The notes beneath the pieces are model-generated. The model was not told where the DNA came from. It ran no database searches and was given only the letters and a program-made list of their open reading frames with translations. A DNA stretch of 64,000 nt from Spirochaetaceae bacterium UBA5200. GTDB lineage: Bacteria; Spirochaetota; Spirochaetia; Treponematales; UBA12059. Where the stretch lies: NCBI GenBank assembly GCA_002412825.1, contig DHVU01000009.1, forward strand, positions 35,323 through 99,322. Direction: 5' to 3'. Shown in pieces: positions 17,857 through 26,886 of the stretch; positions within the stretch are counted from its first letter, which is position 1; each line of letters opens with the position of its first letter. A program made the position numbers and the translations under genes.

Positions 17857-19498
17857 CACCCGCGCCCACCTAAGGCACGAGGCACGCACCTTCCTTAACC
17901 ACGCAATAGGCTACGCGGAACTCTTACCTGACGCCCGCGAATTAAATGCGGACAATAATTGCGCGCTTTCGCTCGTGACGGTCCAAACGGCAGCCCAAAG
18001 ACTCAGAAAGCCCATACTTGAGTACTTGGAATTCCTAGATCCAAGCGAAAACGCGCCAGGCGCGGTACAAAGCGATGAAAAAAGCGCGGAAACGCTCAAG
18101 CAGGAAGCCTATGCCCAAATCTATGACCTTATAAACGCCATTCAAGCCGCCAGACGAGCCTGCCCCAACAACGGCGCGCCTTTAGCGGCCGTGCATACAG
18201 ATCTACGCAGAATCCACGACGCCATCAATTCCTTGGTCGACCTGCTTGAGGAGCGCGAAGAGCGCGGCTCGTACGTGCCTGACGCCGCGCCGAGCGCGAG
18301 CAGCGCCGCACTGAGCGCGCCGGTCTTAAAGGGCCGCATACTGATAATAGACGACGACCAGTTTAACCGCGACCTGCTTACCCGGCACCTGGAGCGGCAA
18401 GGCCATGTGGTATGCCAGGCGGCTGACGGGCCGGCGGCATTCAACATACTCAGGCAAGCCAGTTTCGACATAGCCCTCTTAGATGTCATGATGCCGGGCA
18501 TGAACGGCTTCCAGTTCCTAGAGATCGTGCGCGGCGACAAGGCCTTACACGAACTGTCGGTTATCGTGGTAAGCGCACTGGATGATCCGGCGTCCATGGC
18601 GCGCTGTCTGGAACTGGGGGCGGAGGATTACCTCCAGCGCGATTTTAACCCCGTCATAATGAAGGCGCGCATAAACAATATCCTTGAGAAAAAAGAATAC
18701 AAGCTTCAGAATCAAGAGGCGCTGGGCAGATTGGCGGCGGCGCAGGCACGATTGGCTACCGAGCTCAAAGATGCGGCCGCCTATGTGCGCAGCCTCTTGC
18801 CAAAACGGGCTCGTTGGGCCGATATAGCCATAGATTGGGAATTTATACCCTCGCTCAGCCTCGGCGGGGACAGCTTCTCCTATAAGCGACTGAAAGACGG
18901 CAGGCTCGCCATATTCCTCATAGACGTGAGCGGCCATGGCATAGAGGCGGCGCTACTGTCGGTAACGGTCATGAACCTGCTTAAGACTATGGCTCTAGGT
19001 GGAGTGGACTACGGAGATCCCGGATCGGTGCTTAAGCGCCTCAACCTATCCTTCAAGGTAGAGGACCAGAACAATATGTACTTTACCATATGGTACGGCG
19101 TATACGACCCCGCCAACCATAAGCTCATCTACGCCACCGGAGGTGCCCCGCCCGCCGTGCTGGTCAATCCCGACGGCGCCATAGACGAACTCGTGGCCGA
19201 CGGCCCCATCATAGGGGTGGACGACGAAGCGCTTTTTGCGCACCGCAGCGTAATCGTAGCGCCCGGCTCGCACCTCTACCTCTTCAGCGACGGCCTTTTC
19301 GAGGTGCGCACCAAAGATGGCGGCCTCATGGAGTGGTCAGCCTTCCTCGAACTCCTCCTGGCGCACCACCGTGAATGCGCTTTGGCTCCCGCCTGCCTGT
19401 CGCCTATCAAGCGCATCGTGGACGCGGTGCTCGCGCTGTCGGCCAAGGAATACTTCGCCGACGACGTATCCATACTGGAATTCGCCTTCAATGATTGA
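17840..19498 (+). CDS. Response-regulator receiver fused to a PP2C/SpoIIE (RsbU-like) phosphatase, with an N-terminal helical H-box-like domain
   Basis: N-terminus HLRHEARTFLNHAIGYAELL. Receiver ILIIDDDQFNRDLL...DIALLDVMMPGMNGF. PP2C region LGGDSFSY...IFLIDVSGHGIEAALLS...LFSDGLFE. Start is uncertain (17738 or 17840). Confidence 0.85.
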   Translation: MPNNPDTRAHLRHEARTFLNHAIGYAELLPDARELNADNNCALSLVTVQTAAQRLRKPILEYLEFLDPSENAPGAVQSDEKSAETLKQEAYAQIYDLINAIQAARRACPNNGAPLAAVHTDLRRIHDAINSLVDLLEEREERGSYVPDAAPSASSAALSAPVLKGRILIIDDDQFNRDLLTRHLERQGHVVCQAADGPAAFNILRQASFDIALLDVMMPGMNGFQFLEIVRGDKALHELSVIVVSALDDPASMARCLELGAEDYLQRDFNPVIMKARINNILEKKEYKLQNQEALGRLAAAQARLATELKDAAAYVRSLLPKRARWADIAIDWEFIPSLSLGGDSFSYKRLKDGRLAIFLIDVSGHGIEAALLSVTVMNLLKTMALGGVDYGDPGSVLKRLNLSFKVEDQNNMYFTIWYGVYDPANHKLIYATGGAPPAVLVNPDGAIDELVADGPIIGVDDEALFAHRSVIVAPGSHLYLFSDGLFEVRTKDGGLMEWSAFLELLLAHHRECALAPACLSPIKRIVDAVLALSAKEYFADDVSILEFAFND

Positions 19499-20510
19499 AC
19501 CCGCCTTCAGCATAGCCTTGCCGGACGACTTCCACGTACACCTGCGGCAAGGGCCTGTCCTGGCGGCTTACGCGGCCCGCAGCGCCTCGCAGTTCGGCCG
19601 CTTGCTGGTCATGCCCAACGTCGTGCCGCCCCTGAGCGGCGAGCGGGCCATGCACGACTATAGGCGGGCCGTCGAGGCGGGCTTGGCCTCGGGGGGCAAG
19701 GCCTGCACGGCGCTCATAAGCTTTAAGCTGCTCCCCGGCATGGGCGAGCGCGCCGTCCGGGCCTGCGCCGATGCCGGCGCGCTGATAGGCAAATACTACC
19801 CCGCGCTCGCTACCACGAATGCCGACGACGGCGTGGCCAGGCCTGAGTCCGTCCGCGAAGAGCTCTTGGCCATGGAAGAATGCGGCATCGTCCTGTCCAT
19901 ACACGCCGAAGACCCTTCCGTTCCCGCCCTTGAGCGCGAGGAAGCCTTCCTGCCCATCGTGGACAGGCTCCTGCGCGACTATCCGGCCTTACGCATTGTA
20001 CTCGAGCATCTGTCCACCAAGGCCGCCGTTAACGCGGTAGAAGCCTGGCCCGATACGGTAGCCGCCACGATAAGCGCCCATCACCTGGCTTATACCCTGG
20101 ATGATATCGTGGGCGGAGCCTTAGCCCCCGGCTACTTCTGCAGGCCCATACTCAAGAGCGAGGCGGATCGCCGCGCCCTGCTGGTCGCGGCCTGTTCGGG
20201 CTCAGCCAAATTCTTCTTCGGCAGCGATTCGGCTCCCCACAGCCGGCAAGCCAAGCTAGCCGGGGCAGCCGGTTGCTACAGCGCGCCCGTAGCCCTGCCT
20301 TTGCTCGCCCAGGAATTTGAAAAAATCGGAGCCCTGAACGCGCTGGAGGGCTTCTGCTCGCGCACAGGCGCCGCATTCTACAGGCTGGAAGAGAACGCAG
20401 GCAGGGTGGGCTTCTACCGTGAAGCCTGGACAGTGCCTGATATCATTGATGGCGTAGAACCCTTGGCCGCAGGCCGTACCCTCGCCTGGCGCGCCCTGCG
20501 CCTGGACTAA
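19491..20510 (+). CDS. pyrC: Dihydroorotase (class II, homodimeric type)
   Basis: MIEPAFSIALPDDFHVHLRQG...MPN is the class II PyrC N-terminal signature. ATG 19491 overlaps the upstream stop (ATGATTGA). Confidence 0.88.
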   Translation: MIEPAFSIALPDDFHVHLRQGPVLAAYAARSASQFGRLLVMPNVVPPLSGERAMHDYRRAVEAGLASGGKACTALISFKLLPGMGERAVRACADAGALIGKYYPALATTNADDGVARPESVREELLAMEECGIVLSIHAEDPSVPALEREEAFLPIVDRLLRDYPALRIVLEHLSTKAAVNAVEAWPDTVAATISAHHLAYTLDDIVGGALAPGYFCRPILKSEADRRALLVAACSGSAKFFFGSDSAPHSRQAKLAGAAGCYSAPVALPLLAQEFEKIGALNALEGFCSRTGAAFYRLEENAGRVGFYREAWTVPDIIDGVEPLAAGRTLAWRALRLD

Positions 20511-20683
20511 TCCCGCCCCATACGCCCCCGTTTTTCTGCTGCCCGACCCCGCGCCCATGAACGCGCGTGATATAGTTTCACTATGGCATAAGCCAATAGG
20601 CGGAGTTTCCGCCCCGAAGGTGCCGCTACCAGGGCCCGCATGGCGGGTAGCGGCCGCCTATCCCGAAATGTTGGATGTAGCTC

Positions 20684-23074
20684 ATGAGCCATCGCAGCGC
20701 TTTAATAGCCGTCGTTTTCACGCTATGCGGCCTTACTCTCGTCGCGCAGGAGACCGGGCAGGGCATGGCCGACCCGCGCAGCCTCTGGGAATACCAGGCT
20801 AATCCAGCGGCATGGACGCTTTCAGGCGATACGGCCGCCCTGGGCTTCCGTAGCCAACTCGATATCAATGCGCTAAACGATTACGCAAGCCAGAACTATC
20901 CTAAAGATCTGGTCATAGGCCTTCCCGGCGCACTGTATCGCTACACGCACAGCGATACAGCGGGCACCGAGCATGCCTTTACCAGCTCGTTTAACATAGG
21001 CAAAGGCTTCGCCTTCGGCTGGCGCCTTCGCACGCCGGACTTTGCCTCCGGAAACGATACCCACGACCTGGGCCTCATACTGCGGCCAAACGGCCTCGTA
21101 TCCATGGGCATAGCCAGAAACGACCTGGCATCGAGCGAGGGTAGCTGGGACTTTGGCCTAGGCCTGCGTCCCCTTGCCTTTGCCGGCGGGAGTCTGGCGG
21201 ACATACTCACCCTGAGCGCTGACGCACGCTATGCCCAGAACGCTTTTTCCGTGGCTGCGCTTACGGCCCGGCTCAGCCTGGATGAAGGCCTGCAAATCAA
21301 AGCATGGTATGAGCCTCAAAGCTCATCCTTCGGCCTGGGGCTGCGCCTCGCCTATACTTCGGCTGAGGCCACTCTGGAAACGCGCGACCTTGCCCGGCCC
21401 GAGCTCTTAAGCGCCGGCTTAGCGTTGCGCGTCAACGAGCGCATAGCGCTTAAGCCCTCCATAGCGGCGCGTAGAGGCGCATTGCTCGTCATAGACTATG
21501 ATACATCCTCCTCCCCGCCCTATCGCATGGCGGCATCGGGCAGATCCTCTCTGCTCAGGCACGAGCTGCTCGTAGCGGCCCTAGAGCGGGCGGCTCAAGA
21601 CCCGCTCATCGGCGCGATCGCCCTCATGAATCCGGTAGCGCCCCCATCAGAGGCCAAAGCCCAGGAGCTGTCGAGGGCCCTAGCCTCGTTCAAGGCATCC
21701 GGCAAACGGCTCTACGCCTATGCCCGCTACCAGGACAGGCTATCCTATATCTACCTTGCATCCGGCGCCGAACTCTTCGCGCTCGATCCCAACGGTTCGC
21801 TCGCGCTGGTGGATACCGGCTCGTTCTCGCTCTACTTCCGCGCTTTTTTTGAAAAGCTGGGCCTGCGCTTCTATAACCTGCGCTCGCACGATACGAAGAC
21901 CGCGTTCAATAGCTTCAGCGAATACGGCATGACCGAGGCGGAACGCGCCATGAAGCTGCGCTTCGTGCAAGGCCTGGCAAAGCAGGGTTACGAGGCGCTC
22001 TCGGCCGCCCGCCAGGATAGACTCAGCGCGGGAGCGGCCGCCGCGCTCGCCGCCGGGCCCTATCTTGTGCCTACGGCGGGCCGCGATGCGGGCCTTGTCG
22101 ACCGTATCATGTACCGCGACGAATTCGAGGACTATTTAAGCGACGAGCAGGGCTGGAAGCAGCGCGTAAGCCTTGAACAGTACTATCGTACCCGCGACAC
22201 CTCCTGGGGCGAGCACCCATTGGCTAAAACGGTGGTCGTGCTGCATCTCAGCGGCTCAATCATAAACGGGCATGGCATGGCGGGCGCGTCTATAGGGGAG
22301 AGTACCGCCCTGCGCCTGCGGGAACTGCGCGACGACCCGAGGGTGCGCGGCGTCATACTGCGGGTCGATACAGGCGGCGGCGATGCCGGCGTGAGCGACC
22401 TCATAGCCAGGGAAGTAGCGCTAACCGTGGCCGAGGGCAAACCGGTGTACGTGTCCATGTCGGGCTATGCCGCCTCAGGCGGTTACTATATTTCAGCGCC
22501 GGCAAACCGCATTTGGGCTGAGGCGGGCACCATAACCGGCTCTATAGGCGTTACGGGGCTGGTACCCGACGCTACCGGGCTATTGGATAAACTGGGTATA
22601 GCCGCGGAGAGCGTCAGCTCGAGCCCGAGCGCGGATTTTTCAAATCCGCTCCTGCCCCATCGCGAGGGTGACGCTGAGGCTCAGGAAGCCGCGATACGCT
22701 ATATATACGAACGTTTCATCGCCGTGGTGGCACTCGGCCGCTCCATGGATAAGGAGCGGGTGGACGAATTGGGCAAGGGGCAGGTATGGCTCGGCTCCGA
22801 GGCCGTGGAAAACGGTTTGGCGGATGAACTTGGCGGCCTGTCAGCCGTCAAGGCGGCTATGGCGCGCAGGCTCGGCGGTTCCGTCGTGTACCGCGACGAA
22901 CAGCCAGGCAGGCCACAGGGGCTGCCTATCCTGTCGCTCTTAGGCTCTCGGACGCTGGCCGCTTCGGCCCTGCCCGCCAAGCTTGAAGAACTGGCATTCC
23001 TAGCCGCCGAGCTTGAGGCCCTGGGCACCGGTCCGCTATGCATACTCCCCGATTATCTGTGGAGACAGCGCTAG
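20684..23074 (+). CDS. sppA: Signal peptide peptidase SppA (S49), long form with an extra beta-rich N-terminal domain
   Basis: Signal peptide. Two S49-like halves. C-terminal half: VVVLHLSGSIINGHG...ILRVDTGGGDAGVSD...VSMSGYAASGGYYISAPANRIWAEAGTITGSIGV. Confidence 0.8.
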   Translation: MSHRSALIAVVFTLCGLTLVAQETGQGMADPRSLWEYQANPAAWTLSGDTAALGFRSQLDINALNDYASQNYPKDLVIGLPGALYRYTHSDTAGTEHAFTSSFNIGKGFAFGWRLRTPDFASGNDTHDLGLILRPNGLVSMGIARNDLASSEGSWDFGLGLRPLAFAGGSLADILTLSADARYAQNAFSVAALTARLSLDEGLQIKAWYEPQSSSFGLGLRLAYTSAEATLETRDLARPELLSAGLALRVNERIALKPSIAARRGALLVIDYDTSSSPPYRMAASGRSSLLRHELLVAALERAAQDPLIGAIALMNPVAPPSEAKAQELSRALASFKASGKRLYAYARYQDRLSYIYLASGAELFALDPNGSLALVDTGSFSLYFRAFFEKLGLRFYNLRSHDTKTAFNSFSEYGMTEAERAMKLRFVQGLAKQGYEALSAARQDRLSAGAAAALAAGPYLVPTAGRDAGLVDRIMYRDEFEDYLSDEQGWKQRVSLEQYYRTRDTSWGEHPLAKTVVVLHLSGSIINGHGMAGASIGESTALRLRELRDDPRVRGVILRVDTGGGDAGVSDLIAREVALTVAEGKPVYVSMSGYAASGGYYISAPANRIWAEAGTITGSIGVTGLVPDATGLLDKLGIAAESVSSSPSADFSNPLLPHREGDAEAQEAAIRYIYERFIAVVALGRSMDKERVDELGKGQVWLGSEAVENGLADELGGLSAVKAAMARRLGGSVVYRDEQPGRPQGLPILSLLGSRTLAASALPAKLEELAFLAAELEALGTGPLCILPDYLWRQR

Positions 23075-23097
23075 ACGCTGCGGAACGCATGAGAACC

Positions 23098-23120
23098 CGG
23101 CCCGCGCCTGGCGCGGGCCG
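23098..23120. terminator. GC-rich hairpin between convergent sppA and the J-domain gene
   Basis: CGGCCCGCGC-ctg-GCGCGGGCCG, a 10-bp stem followed by ATTT on the + strand. Confidence 0.5.
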
Positions 23121-23131
23121 ATTTCCTGAGC

Positions 23132-23575
23132 CTATTCCTGTGCCCCGAGTTCGCGTATACGGTCGTAGGCTTTTTTGAGGGCCAGGAATTCCTCGGCAGA
23201 GCCGCCTCTTGCATCGGGGTGGCAGAGCCGGGATCGCCGCTTGTAGGCTTTCGCGAGCTCCGAACGCGGAGCGCCCGGCTCTAGGCCGAAGAGGGCGTAG
23301 AGCCGCGCCCGTTCCTGGCCAGCCTGTATCCGAGCCTCTTCCGCGGCGGAGGGCCGGGGCGGGGCGGCCTCCCCTTCTGGCGGCCTTGCGGCAAGCGCGT
23401 CGAGCATAGCGCCAAGCAGACAGCCCACGGCCGCGCCGAAGATAAAGAGCCGGCCTCCAGCCAAAGCGCCGAGCAGGGTAGCCGCTATGCGGCCCTTATA
23501 CGGCTTGAGCGCTTGCACGCGAACGCACAGCGCCGCGTGCCATGCGCGAAGCCGCTCCCCTCTGGCCGGCATCAT
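23132..23575 (-). CDS. Membrane-anchored J-domain (DnaJ-like) protein
   Basis: Central hydrophobic segment IAATLLGALAGGRLFIFGAAVGCLLGAML. C-terminal J domain LYALFGLEPGAPRSELAKAYKRRSRLCHPD...FLALKKAYDRI. Confidence 0.75.
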   Translation of the reverse strand: MMPARGERLRAWHAALCVRVQALKPYKGRIAATLLGALAGGRLFIFGAAVGCLLGAMLDALAARPPEGEAAPPRPSAAEEARIQAGQERARLYALFGLEPGAPRSELAKAYKRRSRLCHPDARGGSAEEFLALKKAYDRIRELGAQE

Positions 23576-25239
23576 CGGCGCGGCGCATGCATCGCTATCC
23601 TAGCCGCGCTGTACACGCATATAACGACGCAGATACTCAGAAAGGCTAACCATGCGGGCAGGAAACTCGAGCCGGGCATGGCCTGCGCAAGGATAACGAT
23701 GGCGAGGCGGGCCGGCCCAAGGGCCACGCTTAGAGCCGGCAGAGTTAGAGCGGCCATGGCAGGAGCCCAGAATAGGGTAGAACCCAGACCCGGCCGCTCC
23801 TTGGGCCTGAAGCGCATGCCCATAGCGGCGCCTATGAGTACCAGCATGACGGTAACGAAGGGATAGGAAAGGCGCACGGCTACCGCTTCGAGGAAGGCCG
23901 GCCTGTCCAGTCCCAGTCGCTCGGCGTCATCAAGGCCGCCCATAAGGGTGAGCAAAGCCAGTTCGGAGGGCTCGGCGGAAAGCTCAAGATAGCGCCGCGT
24001 CTCGGTTTCGCTGAAGGGAGCATCGATCACCGGGGGCGCGGCGCCTGTACCGCTTAAGAGCAAGGGTTCCCACAGCTGCGCAGGATTATCTTTATCAACG
24101 GCTTTTAGGTACAGCGCGTCACCTTGTATGCGGCCGAAGGCGGCGCGCAACTCCATAGTCCCGCTTACATACACCAGGTCCCGCATGTATACGCCCGAAG
24201 GCGATGAAACCGCCGCGCGAGCGCGGAGGCTCTGAGCGCCGGGGCCCTGCCCCTTGGCCAATGAAAGCGGGCGGGCGTTCGCCTGGCTGAAGGCCAATTG
24301 CTCTTCATCGATAAAAAAGGCAACGGAGGCAAGCCCCTGCGCGCTTTTCTCCCTATACGTGGCCACATCAGGGTCGTCAGGCCGTATTTCTGCGAGCGCC
24401 GTGTAGAGGCAGTAGGCTTCTAGATATTCGCCGGCAGAGAACAGACGGTAGCCCTCAAGCTTACGCCCATAGAACGCGGCATTCTCAACTTCCTGCGCGC
24501 TCGGTGCCAGGCTACGCATAAGTGTCCAGCTGTCGTCCACGAGCTTGGCCACTTCCCTCCTGCCCGGGTACAGGGCAAGCGAGCGCTTAGCCAGGTAATG
24601 GGCATCGAAGTACCGCCCATCATCGCGCGCGCTGAGCGCCTCGATATAGAAGCGGTTGGCCTCAAACCAGCTCGGCGCTTCAGAGGCGGCGGTATCCTGC
24701 TGCCCCGTGTCGGCCGCCCTATCGCTCGCCCGTATCAGCGCCTCCTGTATACGGTCATTAAGGTCGATAAAACGCTGTTCAGAGCGGTCTATAGCCTTGC
24801 ACCTGAGAATGTGCTCCGAAGCAGCAGCGTAATCCCCGTCATCGTAGGCGTCTTTAGCCAGGCCCAGGCTGCGGTTAAAATCTGCGCTGGCGCTCTCGTA
24901 CCAATGCGCGCGCGCATCCGCGAGGGGAACGACCAGCAGAAAGAACAAAGACAGGGCCGCGGCTATGACAAAGGCAGGCGTTAGAAGACTATACGCCATA
25001 TCATGGTAGGAGTGTTCCCCCTCGGAACGCTCAGCGGTCAGGGCAGCCGCAACGAAGAGTAGGGCAGGAGCCCATGCCGATAGCCTGCCCAGAGCGCTGG
25101 CGAGCTCCCAGCCAAGCGCGAAGCTGTACAGCACGGCCGCTTCCCGTAGGCCTATAACCGACCAGAAAAAGCTCGCGGCAAAACCAAGGGCCATGAGTCC
25201 GAGCACATACGCTAAGAATGGCGAACGTTGTTTAGGCAT
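23572..25239 (-). CDS. Hypothetical polytopic membrane protein with a large TPR-like/soluble middle domain
   Basis: 3-4 TM helices at each end. Middle region has TPR-like helices (YDDGDYAAASEHILRCKAID, GRYFDAHYLAKRSLALYP, GEYLEAYCLYTALAEIRPDD). No family recognised. Confidence 0.6.
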   Translation of the reverse strand: MPKQRSPFLAYVLGLMALGFAASFFWSVIGLREAAVLYSFALGWELASALGRLSAWAPALLFVAAALTAERSEGEHSYHDMAYSLLTPAFVIAAALSLFFLLVVPLADARAHWYESASADFNRSLGLAKDAYDDGDYAAASEHILRCKAIDRSEQRFIDLNDRIQEALIRASDRAADTGQQDTAASEAPSWFEANRFYIEALSARDDGRYFDAHYLAKRSLALYPGRREVAKLVDDSWTLMRSLAPSAQEVENAAFYGRKLEGYRLFSAGEYLEAYCLYTALAEIRPDDPDVATYREKSAQGLASVAFFIDEEQLAFSQANARPLSLAKGQGPGAQSLRARAAVSSPSGVYMRDLVYVSGTMELRAAFGRIQGDALYLKAVDKDNPAQLWEPLLLSGTGAAPPVIDAPFSETETRRYLELSAEPSELALLTLMGGLDDAERLGLDRPAFLEAVAVRLSYPFVTVMLVLIGAAMGMRFRPKERPGLGSTLFWAPAMAALTLPALSVALGPARLAIVILAQAMPGSSFLPAWLAFLSICVVICVYSAARIAMHAPRR

Positions 25240-25939
25240 CGCGGGCTCCTCCCTCGGTCTTGCCGGCTAGGAGGGCGTCAAGCGCGAGGAGGCCAAGGGA
25301 GCTAAGCCCGCAGAGTATGGCCAGGTAATAGGAGGGGGCAAGCTCAAGTCCAACAAATATAAACAGTCCGTTCAGGGCTCCTCCGACGTAGATCGACAAG
25401 AGGTGCCACATACCCACTAAAGCGCCCGGTACTAAAAAGGCGCCGACGAGAGGCCTCTTGGCTGATAGGCGCGTAAGCGCCCAACAGGAACTGAGCACCA
25501 GCGCAAGCCCGGCCACTCCGGCTATGGCCTGTGGCAGGGGCAGGCTGTCCAAGCCCTGGTACCAGCGCAGCACATCGCCGAGAGCCGAGTCAAAGGCCGG
25601 CAGGGTTTCGGCCCTCATCGCGAGAAGGCCTAGGCGGCTGAGCGCAAGAGGCGCGCCGAGCGTAAACAGGCTGAGTACGAGTAGGGTCAGGTAGCCAGTC
25701 AAGCGATGCCTGTATACACGGTTCAGGGTAAAGAAGCTGGTTAGGAGGGCAAAGCTCGTCGGCAGGGCAGGCAGGGTCCATAGCGACCAGAGCGCTAAGG
25801 CGGCCAACGGGTGCTCCCAGGCAGCGTTATAGCCCATAGCGGCGACGTATATCGCCACAGAGGCCTCAGCGATGACAAAGCTTAAAAAAAAACGCAGTAC
25901 GGCCGAGGCCAAACGCTTCATAATTATAAACTGTAGCAT
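25232..25939 (-). CDS. Hypothetical multi-pass membrane protein
   Basis: Hydrophobic throughout, and overlaps the downstream gene by 8 nt. The listed ORF starts at GTG 26005, inside a DnaA-box-like motif, so internal ATG 25939 is preferred. Start is uncertain. Confidence 0.5.
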   Translation of the reverse strand: MLQFIIMKRLASAVLRFFLSFVIAEASVAIYVAAMGYNAAWEHPLAALALWSLWTLPALPTSFALLTSFFTLNRVYRHRLTGYLTLLVLSLFTLGAPLALSRLGLLAMRAETLPAFDSALGDVLRWYQGLDSLPLPQAIAGVAGLALVLSSCWALTRLSAKRPLVGAFLVPGALVGMWHLLSIYVGGALNGLFIFVGLELAPSYYLAILCGLSSLGLLALDALLAGKTEGGARDA

Positions 25940-25995
25940 GGCTCTAACCCATTGACAAGCAAAGCCAATAAGGAAAGCCACAATCAATAAACAAC

Positions 25996-26004
25996 TTATC
26001 CACA
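25996..26004 (+). promoter_or_regulatory. Perfect DnaA-box consensus TTATCCACA (site 1)
   Basis: ACAACTTATCCACAAG. The same extended motif recurs 223 bp away. Confidence 0.4.
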
Positions 26005-26218
26005 AGCGCGTCCATGCTGGCCTGCATAAGTACAGAAGCGGCTCACTGGTCCTGTTTAGTAAACCGGAAGCCCCTCCGGCGGAAACAAGGCTCTAGTTGC
26101 TGTTTATATATGTATTTAACCAATTTCTTACACAAATTCGAAGCTTTTTACTTAGGCTTATCTCCGCGTCAAGGACCGGCGCAGCAGGTCTTTTGAATGC
26201 GCACAATGAATCAACAAG

Positions 26219-26227
26219 TTATCCACA
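26219..26227 (+). promoter_or_regulatory. Perfect DnaA-box consensus TTATCCACA (site 2)
   Basis: ACAAGTTATCCACAGG, in the same orientation as site 1. An AT-rich stretch lies between them. Confidence 0.4.
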
Positions 26228-26259
26228 GGCTTAATTGCTTAATAAAAAACTCTATTTCT

Positions 26260-26883
26260 TTATTCGAGCAGACAGTAGGCTCCGCGTCTGGCGGCTGTAG
26301 CCCGTAGGGCGACAAGCCTTGAAGCGGCCCTTGCTCCGCCGCAGGCGCGCAGAGCGGAACGCAGTCGGGACATAGCCATGTCTAGGGCTCGGCTCGACGA
26401 GGCCTTTGTTTCCATTACGGCTGCCAGCGCTTCGCGAGGCACGGCCCGCGGCCGGTTTGCCGCCAGGAGGGCTAAGGCCGCGGAGGCCGTTGCGCTTAAT
26501 GGCACACGCCCAAGGGTACCGCAGAGCATGCCGTATCGTACGCTTAAGCCGCTAGCATCAAGCTGCAGGGCAGAAAGAGAACGAAGTTCGGCGCGCGCCA
26601 GCAATTCGTCCTGCGTCCATGGTTCGCGCATATAGTCGGCGCAGCCGGAACCCAGACAGAGGTCAAGCAAGCGCTCGGGGCCGTAGGCTATGAGCGGGGC
26701 TGCATAGAACTCCTGAGGCCGTGCCAGCACCATGGCCGCGGGGGCGACGACAAGATCCCAGCGACCGACCTCTCCAAGAGCGGGAAAATCCGCTTCAAAG
26801 AAAAAGGAGCGCTCACCCTGAGGCGCGCTCCCTGTTTTCATCCTGCTATACTGCTCTTCGTTTCCGACGAACAGTATGCGCAT
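26260..26883 (-). CDS. Atypical OmpR-family regulator: pseudo-receiver plus winged-helix (Trans_reg_C-like) domain
   Basis: MRILFVGNEE (DD pocket replaced by GN). WDLVVAPAAM has Ala at the phospho-Asp position. GCADYMREPWTQDELLARAE aligns with the receiver alpha4-beta5 region. C-terminus LSATASAALALLAANRPRAVPREALAAV...ALDMAMSRLRSAL resembles OmpR wHTH. Confidence 0.65.
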   Translation of the reverse strand: MRILFVGNEEQYSRMKTGSAPQGERSFFFEADFPALGEVGRWDLVVAPAAMVLARPQEFYAAPLIAYGPERLLDLCLGSGCADYMREPWTQDELLARAELRSLSALQLDASGLSVRYGMLCGTLGRVPLSATASAALALLAANRPRAVPREALAAVMETKASSSRALDMAMSRLRSALRACGGARAASRLVALRATAARRGAYCLLE

Positions 26884-26886
26884 AGC

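Noticed and set aside
25996-26227. Chromosomal replication origin (two perfect DnaA boxes plus an AT-rich stretch)
   Set aside because: There are only two boxes, and I saw no additional near-consensus boxes. No dnaA/dnaN or other origin-linked genes are nearby, and there is no obvious switch in gene orientation. The sites are kept as regulatory candidates only.
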